A stretch of 64,000 bases of DNA from Adineta vaga (GCA_021613535.1 CP075492.1:14508001-14572000); one strand, 5' to 3'; counted from the first letter of the stretch, positions 26,858 through 39,511 are shown. The notes: a model not told the origin generated them from the letters alone. A program made the numbers and translations.

Positions 26858-27805
26858 ATGAAGTACTTTTTCTGCGTCGCATACTTTTTATTTAAATGTA
26901 CTTTTGCATTACATGTTGGATGTCTCCAAAATGTTTCGTTTTCGGGTATTACAGCAGGTATTTGGCTGAATAATTCAATGAATTGTAGTTCTTGCATATG
27001 TTACATGTTGCAAACAAATTCTTCAGCTATGAATTGCTATCGAAATGGAATGAATAATACTAATTGTTTGATATTCAGAAATTATTCAAATATAATCGGG
27101 GATATCCAAGTTGTTACTACATCAAATAGCTCCTTGACTTGCTTTACAGAATATCCACCAGTATCGAGCAATCCAACAAGTTTGTATCAATGTTCGTCTT
27201 TCGTTTTCTAATACACATCGCATTTTAGCTGTTCCTGCTACTACATCATTGCCGACCAGCAAACAAGGTAATATAATTTGTATTCATATCGTAATTATAA
27301 GTCTTATTATATTCTAAAATATTTAGAAATGACGACCGTTCAGCCAGTTTGTTCTAAATACATTCAATCTACTATACTTCTTCAACTTTACAATACTCCG
27401 ACTCAATCCTATACTTATTATTCATACGTATATAGAGCTACGAGCACCAAAACAACATTAATGTTTTGTTTTCTAAATCAACAATATTTTTGGGCATTGG
27501 ATAATGTTTCGATGAAAGATTCTCGAACAAATGTTGAATTACTAGCCAACACAGGATTTGAGCAGGCTAATTGGAATGATTGGCAACCATATAACAGTAT
27601 TTATTATTCAAGTGGCATCAGGTCGAACTATTTTACATGGACTGCTTATGCTGGATATTATTTTTATCTCGATGTTCAATATACCGCAGGAGATGGAATA
27701 TTTCAAAATGTTAGTACAGTTATCGGAAAGAACTATACGATCAGTTTTTATTTAGCAAATCCTCTTGGTGGTAATGTCTCTGTAGCAATTGTTTCTGTTG
27801 GATAG
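26858..27805 (+). CDS. Secreted protein with a Cys-rich N-domain and a C-terminal galactose-binding-like (jelly-roll) domain, 3 exons
   Basis: Signal peptide; CSSCIC..C N-domain; short T-rich exon; WALDNVSM...ELLANTGFE...W...IFQNVSTVIGKNYTISFYL. Confidence 0.65.
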
Positions 27806-28339
27806 TAATGAAATGTTGAGAACGTTCGAGAAAGTGATGATTATAGATAAACACTATGTGGCTGTTTCATTTCTATTTTTCTTTTCTATCGAAGAATTAA
27901 AATTTCCGCATACAATTTGATTTGATATGGAAAAGAAATCGATTCAATGAAGAGAGTTTTTGTATCTAATTTTTATTCAAAACACATTGTGTTCATACGA
28001 TACTTATATTTTCTCAATTGAATGCTGTCAGTTCCATTTTACTTTGACCTGAATTCAATCGTTTTAAAGAACATCTCAAGGTGGGAAAAGAAAACAAGTT
28101 AGAGAAAGAGAATGCAAAAGCACACGATCGTACTTTCTTCTTTGTTTAAACTACCGTTAATAATAAAAGTATTTTGTTTACCAAATTCATGATTTTTAGA
28201 AACTATTCATTTTTATGAATAAATTTATTTTTCTTTTGATAATTTCATTAATGAAAATACATCGATTTCAATAGAATTTATAAGTAATATAAAGAAAATA
28301 AATCATATAAAGTTCAATTGTATGATAATCGGAAACAGT

Positions 28340-28786
28340 TTATTTTTGTTTGGTACCACAATTTTTGTTTACACAACATGAACTTTTACCTGGATTTTTA
28401 GCAACAATACAAGCCATAACTTCATTATTACATTTGACACAATTACCCCCTAGAATAAATAACAACAGTATAGAATCATTAGATTAATGATTAAATTCGT
28501 TAAACTTACATAAATAGAACCAACTCAATGCAGTACATTTATGTTTCTTATAACAAGCATCATGATAATCACAACATCTACCATTTTTACCACAACTTCT
28601 TACCATTGCATCACAACCTTGATTATCTCTACGATGAATTAATAGTTCTCGTTTCAAACCAACATTTCGACGAGATACTTCACCCGATTCTTCGTCTTCA
28701 TTGCTACTACTTGTATCTTCAGCATAGACAATTGAACAGAAGAAACATACAATCAATAGTATCGTAATAAGACGAGGAAATTTCAT
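28340..28786 (-). CDS. Secreted Cys-rich prepropeptide with an sPLA2-like CCxxHDxCY motif, 2 exons
   Basis: Signal peptide, acidic spacer, HRR site, then DNQGCDAMVRSCGKNGRCCDYHDACYKKHKCTALSWFYL|WGNCVKCNNEVMACIVAKNPGKSSCCVNKNCGTKQK*. Confidence 0.75.
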
Positions 28787-29695
28787 AATTGACGTCGAGA
28801 ATACAGTACACTGTAGTAGATCTCATAAGAGATGATTCAGTTTAAATATGTTGCTCATAAAAAAGTAGAAGAAATATGGATTACTTGATATTTCAATTAA
28901 TCATCATAAATCGATATTTTACATACTAAAGGTTTGATGAAATGTCAATAGTGACTACTTGATATTTTTTTGCAAAATATAGATGTATTTCTCAGAAAGT
29001 TTTTATTGAGAGTGAGAGTGTGGGTGTTGAAGAATTTGCTCGCTAATAATCATAGAGATTTAACTAAAAGAATTGTCAAAAGAGAGTTTTGATAAATGCA
29101 CATCTTGATATTTCGAAACTAATAAGAATCATATCAAATCTCGTCATTATCTGAATAATAAAATTTCTTAAATATTTAGAAATGGTGACATTTATTATAG
29201 ATTGTTATTATATGAATTTTCATTAGAGATACTTGAACTTTTGATAGGCTTCTATCAGTAACATGCATTCAAAGAACAAATTTCATCACTGATTTGTCTT
29301 ATGTTATACTTTAAATATACGTATAGTCGAGAGAAAGCATTTCGTGTTATATACTGCAATTGTAAACATTTATCAATTTTTTATTCTTTTTAAGTATTCT
29401 ATGCCAAGCTGTGGCACAAGAGAATGACAAAGCGATTCTTTTATCACACTACAACAATACAAATACATCAATCGAGCATATGTCTTTCAAATTATGGGTA
29501 AAAACCCTCTGACGTCGTTGATCATCTCATTAATATTGAATGGGAAAAGACCCAGAATATCAAAAAGTTGTGAGTATATAAACTTCGAATGCTCTTTAAC
29601 ATTTTATTTGATCAATTCAATTGACAATTTACTCTAAGGAACGAAGAAATACCAACATTTTTTCTCATTTCATTTCTCAAGTACAAATTATCGAT

Positions 29696-31111
29696 ATGGC
29701 AGAACTTTCAATCAAACATAATTTCGTTCCCAAAAAATTATCGTACAAACCATGTGCTGTTGTGATGGGAAGGACGGGATGTGGAAAAACAACATTAGTC
29801 AATAAGTTGTGTGGTACTGATCATCAATCCGGTGCTGGAGCAGGAAGTGTTACACGAGAACTTTATCGAAATGATGTTGTACATGGTAAACATCCATTTT
29901 TGATCATTGATACACCAGGAACAAATAGTTCATCTGAAACGTATAAACATGCTTATTTACTAAGAGCAGCGTTAACAGCTACAAAGATCAATACAATTTT
30001 TATTGTGACAAAATACGATTGTCGATTTGATACAATGTTAGAAAGTTGTTATGAAGTTGAAAGGCCTGTATTCGATTATGATCGTAAAATTGTAGTCATT
30101 ATTTCTCATTGGGATCAATCTAAAGAACCGGAAAGAGATCGTCCACAAATTGGCGATCTATTTGAAGATTATTGTTCATCAATTATTTTTTACTCTGAAC
30201 AAAATCCAGTCGAAGATATAGCAAACCTGATGTATAATTGTATATCAAATATGACACCAGAACAAATTACGGTTACAGATGAAGAGTTCTTTTTAAAATT
30301 TAATGTTGCCGAAATAAAACTTAAAATCAAAGATTCTGTCAATCAATACCGAAAAAAAGCAGATGCATTGTGTGCAGAATATTCAGCTTTGGTGGTTTCT
30401 GCTAAATCTCAATCTGAAGAAGAACGAGATGAAATTCTACATCTGCTTATTGTTGAATTGAAATATGCAATGGAAACATTACTAAAAACATTTCAAATTG
30501 AACATGGAGTACAAATGCAAGAATTGGATTATTATACACTTTATATCAAATTAGAAGGAGAGAATTTGAAACGTTGTGATGATTTTGTTGAAAAAGTAGT
30601 ACCGCTGATGTCTTATAACCTGTTTGATAATCAAGATCCAAGAAATTTGATTAAAAGATGTCCACATTGTCAACTCATATGGTTTAAAACAGAAGGATGT
30701 GATGGCGAAACAACTTGCGGTAATAATGAATTTCGTAACCATTCTGATTCGCACGGTAGACTTTTTTACAAATATCAACTGGAAAGAGCCAATGGAAAGT
30801 TGCGATGGTTTAAAATGCCAGATGTTAAAAACATTCCTGCACCGCAAATGCATTCAGCACCTTTTGGATCTTCAAGAAGAGCTGCCCGTGCGTCGGAATT
30901 GAGATTTTCATCTCTTCCACCTGCAAAAGAAGCAAGAGGTTGTGGGGAAACGTTTGTTTGGAGTGATCTTCCAAAGATAGAAGATGAATTAATTCTCGAA
31001 TTATTCAAAGTAAAAACCATTGAACAAGCTAAACAAGTAATCGAAGGCGATAAGTTCAAAGAAGCAAGACAAAATTATGAAAAATCAATTGATACTAGTT
31101 TTCATTCTTGA
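29696..31111 (+). CDS. AIG1/GIMAP-like P-loop GTPase with helical region and C-terminal RING2/Rcat-like Cys motif, intronless
   Basis: G1 GRTGCGKT, G2 SVT, G3 DTPG, G4 SHWD; C-terminal KRCPHCQLIWFKTEGCDGETTCG...GCGETFVW. Confidence 0.8.
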   Translation: MAELSIKHNFVPKKLSYKPCAVVMGRTGCGKTTLVNKLCGTDHQSGAGAGSVTRELYRNDVVHGKHPFLIIDTPGTNSSSETYKHAYLLRAALTATKINTIFIVTKYDCRFDTMLESCYEVERPVFDYDRKIVVIISHWDQSKEPERDRPQIGDLFEDYCSSIIFYSEQNPVEDIANLMYNCISNMTPEQITVTDEEFFLKFNVAEIKLKIKDSVNQYRKKADALCAEYSALVVSAKSQSEEERDEILHLLIVELKYAMETLLKTFQIEHGVQMQELDYYTLYIKLEGENLKRCDDFVEKVVPLMSYNLFDNQDPRNLIKRCPHCQLIWFKTEGCDGETTCGNNEFRNHSDSHGRLFYKYQLERANGKLRWFKMPDVKNIPAPQMHSAPFGSSRRAARASELRFSSLPPAKEARGCGETFVWSDLPKIEDELILELFKVKTIEQAKQVIEGDKFKEARQNYEKSIDTSFHS

Positions 31112-32648
31112 ATTTTGTCTCATTTCCTTCATTAAATAAAATAAACTCGATACTAATAAAGAAACTATTTTAAATGAAATTTTTGCGTTTGCCTGTCAAC
31201 ATGTCATTAGAGAGTTCATTTAGTTGAACTTATCGAACAATGATCAATTTTCAACATTTTACCTTCAAAGTCGATAATTAATCATGCAACTGAACTTGGA
31301 GCTAAACATATCCATACGGGTCATCCACTTTTCTTATTGCGTAGAAAAGGTTTAGAGAGACTTCAATCAATTGCATTCACATCTATGGAAGAAACCTCTT
31401 GGCTATGATAATTTTTACTCTGCGCAACGTATATAAATCGCCTAATTCTACATAAGCGTAATAGTTAAATTCTGTGGAATACAATTGAAAAATATTTATT
31501 TAACCAAGTATTTATGAGAGAAGTTATTGTTGTGATGCATAAAAATTAACATGAGCCTATATAAGAGTACGATATGAAGCGTTGAACTTTATGACCACTA
31601 TAGTTAGCAACTGTCTCACCATTTACTGATTATTATATGACGGTGAAATACGTAATCAATCATAATGATAATGTCCATATCAGCAAACGATTTCTAATGA
31701 GAAATTGATGAATGAAAACTAGATATGTGAATTGATATCCACGAATAATTTGTTGTTGAGACGTGTGTTTCACGTGAAAATATGTAACTAAGAGAATAAA
31801 GTTGCAAATAATGAATGTACAATGCAATGAACAAAAGGTATTAATAAAAACTTCTGAATTGTCCTTCAACGTTTGCAGTCAAAAATAGATTAGTGATATT
31901 TATATCATATGGAAGTGGAAATACAAATATCAAAGACTCAATTTTCTTACAAAAGTTCACAAAAACAAGATACTTTTAATAGTATTATAACATAGATTAT
32001 TCACCGTAGAAAACTATGGAAATGTTTCCAATAGTCTTGACATGACTTATGAAAAGATGAAAGTGAGAAAAAATACATACCAGTCAAATTATGTCCACGT
32101 GTTCGTTATTATCAATATAGCATTCTACTACCACTGTCAATTAAGTAGCAGAATACTATTCCTATCAACTGAATAATATCACTCAAACAACAGCTTCTAT
32201 AGATTATCTAAGAGAAATATCGCCTCGTTGCTAAAATAGCTCATCCATATTTTGGTTTCAAATAAATGTTCTTTCTGACTGTGTAACTGTACTCAGATTT
32301 TAAATTTCATAAAGATACCACTCAACAATAACTCTTATACTTATTCTACTACAAGAAGATTAGATTTATTTACTCGTGTTATACATAATGATCATATTAA
32401 CCTGTCAGAAGATGTCGATCGTATACGTTTTGTTCTTTAATGTACATGTTAATACTGATTTGTTTGTTCATTCTACCAATAACATTTCTATTTTCATGAT
32501 GAATAATTATCCTTGGATAGAGAATAAAAAAAAATACTTTTATGAGTAAGATATGACAATAACATTAGCTAGCAATATTTGTCTTCACATATAAAATTCA
32601 ACTCTATTTTGTATCTTTTTGTCGAAGATTTTTAAATATAAACCAATA

Positions 32649-32853
32649 ATGTGTCATCAAACAACATGTTCAAAATGTCATAAACCATCCTGGGCAGGTT
32701 GAATACCAAAAAATGATATACATATGTTGATATAAATTTCATTTTTCTATAGGTTGCGGTCAACATATCGAACAAGCATTGAAAGATGTACCGGTAGAAG
32801 AACGTTGTCAATGTCCAAAATCAATTACTAGCGGACAATGTGTGATATTATAA
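32649..32853 (+). CDS. 49-aa Cys-rich microprotein with C-terminal CaaX, 2 exons; absent from the ORF track
   Basis: Exon 32649-32697, GT-AG intron 32698-32752, exon 32753-32853: MCHQTTCSKCHKPSWAGCGQHIEQALKDVPVEERCQCPKSITSGQCVIL*; AATAAA at ~32921. Confidence 0.85.
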
Positions 32854-32976
32854 AGTACATTACTCTATTTGTAAGACTTATTTTTACAAAAAATTAATTT
32901 TTCTAATTTATTCTCGAATCAATAAATAAAATTCTATGCAAAATAATACAATATATCATTTATAATGACACATAAT

Positions 32977-34053
32977 TTACCAATATTCTTCATCTAGTTG
33001 TTCTTTTACCAACCATTGTTTATCTTTCATACTGATTTTTTTCCTCGGATGAAAATGAGCTAGTTTTGTTCCTCCTTGTTGAAGATCGCCTGTTGCTGCA
33101 CATCGATGTCCCTCTAAACTCAAAGTAGATCTTGCTTGTCGTTTTCGTAATGTTGCTTCTGTTTGTCCATATCTCGGTGATCGTCGTCGGACCATTTCAT
33201 CACCAGATATTGTAAATGCTCGCATACGTCTTGTATCATTATCAAAATTAATATCCCTTAATCTTCCAAATGTAAATACTCTTGATGCTCGATTAATTCG
33301 ACTTTGTTGAAATCTGTATTCTTCTTGTGTTTGTTCACGGACTGCTTTTTCCCATAGAGATTTCAGTTTTCTACTAACTTCAGCAACATTGACATTGATC
33401 TTCAATGGTTTTAGTCGAATTTCTACCGTGGGATTTTGAGCTAAACTAAGCTGAGTTGTTTGAGTTAGAATTTTCAGAAAAACATTATTTGTTTTTTGAA
33501 ATTCTTTAAGATTAACGCCACTTTTACCAATAAAACGACCAATAACAGCTGCTGATTTAGTCATAAGCTTGACAGTAAATGCTTCTGGTTTTTTTACTAA
33601 AATACACAATGAAGATGAATATTGCCAAGAATGATGCATAGCTATTGACATACCTGTCTTCTTTTGTAGTTTTGGTGGAACTACTTCCGATGATGAAATT
33701 TCAACAATCTTTTTCACTTGACAATGTTTACTTTGAATATGTTCATCCAATACTTTCCTATTTATAAATGCTTTGAGTCGTGGACATCCTTGAATTGGAC
33801 ACATTAGAATACGATGTCGAATATTGATTGCTTCATCTTCCGTTCCATCCGTATGTTGAATTATATCGAAATCGAATAGTTCACCAACGAATGTTACATT
33901 TTCTTTGGTAATATACCGTTTAGCATTCTTTTTTAAACTATAAACATGGAATTTCAAACATCGTTTATTGGTTTCATCTTCAGCTTGAGTTTCAATATAT
34001 CCAACATTAGTTTCTTCATTGAATTGAGTAATATAACCAGATGATGAAGTCAT
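32977..34053 (-). CDS. Putative RNA-binding protein: cold-shock/OB-like + C2H2 finger + KH + Arg-rich tail
   Basis: GYITQFNEETNVGYI (RNP1-like); CPIQGC...F....LDEHIQSKH; VIGRFIGKSGVNLKEFQ (KH GxxG); probable stop-free 57-nt intron at 33597-33653. Confidence 0.7.
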   Translation of the reverse strand: MTSSSGYITQFNEETNVGYIETQAEDETNKRCLKFHVYSLKKNAKRYITKENVTFVGELFDFDIIQHTDGTEDEAINIRHRILMCPIQGCPRLKAFINRKVLDEHIQSKHCQVKKIVEISSSEVVPPKLQKKTGMSIAMHHSWQYSSSLCILVKKPEAFTVKLMTKSAAVIGRFIGKSGVNLKEFQKTNNVFLKILTQTTQLSLAQNPTVEIRLKPLKINVNVAEVSRKLKSLWEKAVREQTQEEYRFQQSRINRASRVFTFGRLRDINFDNDTRRMRAFTISGDEMVRRRSPRYGQTEATLRKRQARSTLSLEGHRCAATGDLQQGGTKLAHFHPRKKISMKDKQWLVKEQLDEEYW

Positions 34054-34290
34054 TTTCTTGTTGTTATGGCTTCAACACAGTTACACTGAAGAATAAAAGA
34101 AAAAAAGAAGCGTTTATATATTATTTGTTCTCTTGCACAACAAACACGTCAGAACAATATGATGCAACGTGTTCTGTTTTTCCTTGATTGCATGTCCAAT
34201 GAGTCATTTATTATTGAAAAATTTCTTCGAAAAAACACAGAAAAATAGATGTGAAAAAAAGAATGATTCATTCTTTTTTAGTTCGAATTG

Positions 34291-35370
34291 TTATTTCATA
34301 CGTTGTATTGTTTGCATAATCCAATCGTAATAATATGGTATATTGATATAAATATCAGGCCATGTTGAATTCCATCCACAATCAATGGTTTTCGATGCAA
34401 TACCAACTTGTTCCCAATAATAAATATCTTTATGAGGAATATGGATCTTTCGCATCAATGGTCCACCACTATCGCCTTGACAAGCATGATGATCTGATCT
34501 TCCTGCACACATTTGTCCCGGATGAACATTCGTAATTGATTGAAAGATTTGCGAACAATTAGGATGAGATGTCGATACATAGGATAATTTCACTTGTTGA
34601 AGATTTTGTGGATAGATGAACGTTCCAGGTTCAGCAGAAATACGACCCCATCCTATAGCAATTAATTCATCATTTGTTTGTAGAAACGATGAATTTGGCG
34701 TTGCTAAACAAATAGGACGAATATGTGAATCGTAACGAATGGGTTGATCAATTGTAAGAATAGCAAGATCATGTTGTAGTAAAAAATTGTAACGTTCATG
34801 AATAGAAACTTGTGTTACTTGATATCCTAAAGATGGATGAATACTTAGATTTAATCGATGTTGACCAGGAAAAATGAAGATAAATGGAGGCATATATTGA
34901 TGAACACAATGAGCTGCTGTTAAAATGTGTCGATCAGTAATTAAACTTGCACCACAATATGTTATTGGTTGACGATAGATGTCATAGATAATTAAAAGTA
35001 TTTGCCATGGCCATGCATCTTCACGTGCTGTTTCACCATTGATAATTCGAGCTGATTCTTCTGTTCGATTATGAAATGTTGGTTCAATCGATGAACATCC
35101 ACAAGTGCATGGCGTATGAAGAGAAAAATGTATTGAAATATTTTTTAAATGTGAAGATTCGGTAGTAATCGTTGAATAAATTGGTCTTAATCCAATAGTA
35201 AAAACTAAAATAATTCCAACACCAAAGACAAGAATGAGAACAATAGAAAGTATCAATAGTCCAATAGCACTACATTTGATTGATTTCTGATGATTTTTTT
35301 CTGTTTTTTTATGTGGTAAATAATTCAAATTTGGATGTTTGATAAAATACATTGGATGCGGTTGCATCAT
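34291..35370 (-). CDS. Type II membrane trypsin-like serine protease (S1A)
   Basis: TM helix; CGC; activation site R-IINGE; catalytic LTAAHC, HDLAIL, ACQGDSGGPL. Confidence 0.92.
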   Translation of the reverse strand: MMQPHPMYFIKHPNLNYLPHKKTEKNHQKSIKCSAIGLLILSIVLILVFGVGIILVFTIGLRPIYSTITTESSHLKNISIHFSLHTPCTCGCSSIEPTFHNRTEESARIINGETAREDAWPWQILLIIYDIYRQPITYCGASLITDRHILTAAHCVHQYMPPFIFIFPGQHRLNLSIHPSLGYQVTQVSIHERYNFLLQHDLAILTIDQPIRYDSHIRPICLATPNSSFLQTNDELIAIGWGRISAEPGTFIYPQNLQQVKLSYVSTSHPNCSQIFQSITNVHPGQMCAGRSDHHACQGDSGGPLMRKIHIPHKDIYYWEQVGIASKTIDCGWNSTWPDIYINIPYYYDWIMQTIQRMK

Positions 35371-36245
35371 ACAGCGTAGAAAATGAAAATGAAAAAAAAA
35401 TTTCTTTTTACATTTGATATCAAAGGACATTCTGTAATATGAGATAATGAACAATGTCACACAACCAGACAACAACATATAATCTTTCGTTTTCGTTTCA
35501 CTTAAATCTGCATTGAAAAGAACGTTATAAACTTTTGCAAAAAAACAACATCATACTCGTATTCATTGCCACTGTTATATTTATTCGTTTCTCATCATGA
35601 ATAAAAACTATGCGAGGGGTCAATAAGATAACGTATATGAGTACTGATCTATTTTTTTACAAGAGCATATTAACAAGTGAAGTAGGTGCATATTGTCAGT
35701 TTCACTACAATATTTTTACTTGCCATTCAGGTATTCAATTCGAGAGATATTTTGATCTATAATACATGATTTAAATCATCTAAGTGAATTTGCATTATTT
35801 GAAAATGATAATAAGTATAATTATGCTTTCACTCCACGTGCAACTATACATGGTATTTTTAGATACAAAAATCATCGTGGCCCAACAATTTTAATGCAAC
35901 TTGCACGGAAAATCTTGAAAGAGCAGAAAAACAAGTAATAGTGATTCACATTTTAGTCGTACTCGATATATGCGAATAAAATTTTGTTCGTGATAAAATT
36001 GGGGAACAACCACATGTAAAAATATTTAATAATATTAACAGATGTTTCATAACTTTGAAACGTTTTTTCGTCGAAAAAAGTGATGAATCTTCATTACTAT
36101 TTGATATTATTTATCGCATAGATCGACGAATTCGAAACCATTTTCAATAAAAAATGGTTCGCCCGATTTGAGAAAACCAATCAGAGAACAAACAATTACT
36201 TGGATGTGAGTGAGGGTGTGAGTATAAAAAAACACACCCAAACCC

Positions 36246-39200
36246 TATTCGTTATCTTTACCTATATCATTGTTGAATATCGAAAACATAACTAAAAACA
36301 TGACAATGTTCTGAACCATGATTTTAGTTGTTTTGTTATTGTTGTTTTATTATGGAATAGAAATCGTCTGCAAAGTACAATAGGATTATTTCTTTCTCAA
36401 ACAGAAAACGAAAAGTAACAAAAATATTTTTTTTATTTACACCATTCTTCTGCAAAGAGAAGATTAAACGATGTTGATGATATAAAATATCCAGAAGGGT
36501 TCATTTCTATCGGTACCATCGAAGATCGAATACGAAAATATGTATATACTATTCTTCACTTTCTGTCTAAGAGTTAAACAAAACCGTCAAATTTTTGACA
36601 TGATGTCTATACAGTGAAAGACAAAAAACACGAAAGAGTAGGACAATGAAATATATGAAAAGAAAAAAAATAACTACAAATTTAGAAATGAAGTATTGAA
36701 ATAAAATAATTGAAGGGTATGAGTATAAATTGAGATGTTCTTCCATTACATTCTTTATTCTCGCTTCACTTTTAATACAATACCAATAGAAGAATAGCTT
36801 TATGCGATACATTACCTCAAACGTTAACCTAATTATTGGATTAGTTCGAAGGTAAATATTATAGTGCCTTATATCAAATAAAGGTGAAATAGTATAAAGC
36901 AGCAAAAAGCAAGTGCGATGAAATATGTCATAGCTGGTAAGGAAAAAAAATGAAACAAGCATATAAAAAAGAATTAATTTGTACAGTTCACAGTATCTTG
37001 TTCTATGCGAAACATAGATATTTCGGTTATGGACACACGGGATAAAAGCAAGGTCGAGTACCATTCGTAGTAGTGGTGTTTGTACCGCATCTATCACAAA
37101 TGGAAGATTCCAGAGTAAGACATGTTCGAGTTCGTACGAGGACGCTAGTACCACACGTCATACTGCATGGACCAGACACCCATGTTGACCAAGAGCAAGA
37201 AGCTAGAAAATTAATAGAATTGAACATAATGGTTTGCCTATCGGTGAATATTTTTCAATAAATGCGTGAGACGAGTATCATCCGCATGAATTTGTTCGAT
37301 TCTATCAGAAAAAATATACTAATTTTTCAAATTCACTGTCAATCGCTACCTTAGACAATACACTTTTTACTAAAGTCAGAGCATATTTACAAAGATTTCA
37401 TACTATTTGTCTCAACATACAAGATTTGATGATTGAACAGGTTCCTTATCAAAATGATGAAATGTTTTCAACTAGTTGATTATTTAAAATTTCAGTGCAG
37501 CAAGCATAATTGAATGTTGATCATATGATGCAAAATATCGTCTTCAGTCAATTCCAAAACGCTCTCAACTCAGTAAATGCCTACCTCGACACCTACTTAT
37601 CACATTATCTCTCGGACTGATCGTCACCGAACTACTCGTACTAAACTACTGTAGAAGTAGAAGTTTTGTACTATGCCGTCAGAATAAAAATAATTTCAGA
37701 TCTCATACGTAATATTGTTTGTCTCAATAAATCTGCAGTTGAAATTGCATCAGTTGTTTGTATCGTATTACTGTCGATTATTGTAACTTGAGTTGCTGAA
37801 AATTCAATCGTTAGAATAGAGAAGAAACAATTTGTAAAAATAATCTCACTTGTTAATGAACACAAAGTAGTCCATGATAATGGTAAACACACTGTGTTCA
37901 TTGCACAACATGAATTTACAATACATACTGATGTATTCGATGCACATGTATACGTATTATTATTACAGGGTTGTAATAAAGTACAATGACTTGCGGGTGC
38001 ACAGTAACTAATATTGTCAAATGAACGATAATCAAAACAGGGTGTAGCTGATAGGCGGCAACTATTATTATTATTTGTGTTACATTGAGCAACAGAACAA
38101 TTTGTTAAAGTTGCCCGTGCAGAATGAGAAACAGAATAAAGACTAAATTTGATATTGAAATCATTTAGTGTACACGTGTAACTTGTTGATTGGGTATTTT
38201 GACCTAATCCTGAAAGAATATAATCAAACAGGAAAACTCGTCAATTATCAATTGATCTCAATCGAAAAATGATGATAAAGTAATGAATAAAATGAATTTA
38301 GATACATTTTTTCCTTCTATCTTCTCGATCAATGACATGATGCAATAAACGAACGATAATTGCGCTCACTTCTTTTTGTTTTACACTATTAAATTCTCGT
38401 CCATAGTTATTCGTTATCTTTACCTATATAATTGTTGAATATCGAAAACATAACTAAAAACATGACAATGTTCTGAACCATGATTTTAGTTGTTTTGTTA
38501 CTGTTGTTTTATTATGGAATAGAAATCGTCTGCAAAGTACAATAGGATTATTTCTTTCTCAAACAGAAAACGAAAAGTAACAAAAATATTTTTTTTATTT
38601 ACACCATTCTTTTACAAAGAGAAGATTAAAGTATTTTTAATGTTTTTACGTTTCAGACAATGTCGTTCTAATCAATACATATTTCTCGTTTTATTTTACT
38701 AACATAGATGGCAGAAAATATTCAAATGGTTTCAATTCTGTCTTTTCCATCGAACAGCGAATAAAAAAGTATTTATATATTATTCCTGATCACATTCTGA
38801 CTAAGAGTTTTAAAATAAGATCATCGAATTTCGATAAGATATCTATACAGTGAAAGACAAATATCGCGAAAGAACAAATAACTACAAATTTCGAAATGAA
38901 GTATTGAAATAGGATGACTGAATAGTATGTGCATAAACCGATTTGTTCTTTTACCACATTCTACGCATTCACTTCACTTTTTATACAATGCAGATAGAAG
39001 AAAAGCTTTATGAACAGTTAGATATCTTTAACATCTCATTATTGAAATGATAGATAGACAGATAGAAACTTGTATCGATTCGAGTTTGGATATTGTAGTA
39101 AATATAATAGTTAAACGATACGTTTCCGAAATGCTGATGCGAATATCGAATGAATTAGAAAGTAAATATTGTAGTGCCTTATATCAAATAAAGGTGAAAT

Positions 39201-39511
39201 AGTATAAAGCAGCAAAAAACAAGTGCGATGAAATATGTCATAGTTGGTAAGGAAAAACATGAAACAAACATATAAAAAAGAATTAATTTGTATAGTTCAC
39301 AGTATCTTGTTCTATGCGAGACATAGATATTTCGGTTATGGACACCCGGGATAAAAGCAAGGTCGAGTACCACTGGTAGTAGTGGTGTTTGTACCGCATC
39401 TATCACAAATGGAAGAGCTCAGATCAAGACATGTCCGAGTTCGTATGTAAGAGCTAGCACCACACGTCATACTGCATGGACCAGAAACCCATGCTGACCA
39501 CAAACAAGCTA
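36246..39511. repeat. Local duplication of a TSP1 terminal exon plus downstream DNA
   Basis: 36246-36468 nearly identical to 38408-38630; about 36853-37204 similar to 39163-39511. Confidence 0.85.
37027..38305 (-). CDS. Cys-rich domain + TSP1 gene, possibly degenerate
   Basis: Open exon ATLTNCSVAQC...CRLSATPCFDY...CAPASHC...CIVNSCC...CLPLSWTTLC; terminal exon CSWSTWVSGPCSMTCGTSVLVRTRTC; 5' and linker exons look damaged. Confidence 0.55.

Noticed and set aside
31180-32430. Short exon-like fragments between the GTPase and the microprotein
   Set aside because: Interrupted by stops; no identifiable homology
35730-35940. Open fragment SIIHDLNHLSEF...KILKEQKNK*
   Set aside because: Upstream stop, no start and no motif
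36567-37154. 195-aa hydrophobic ORF
   Set aside because: Alternative frame over the TSP1 exon and AT-rich 3' DNA; the duplicate copy is not open to the same length
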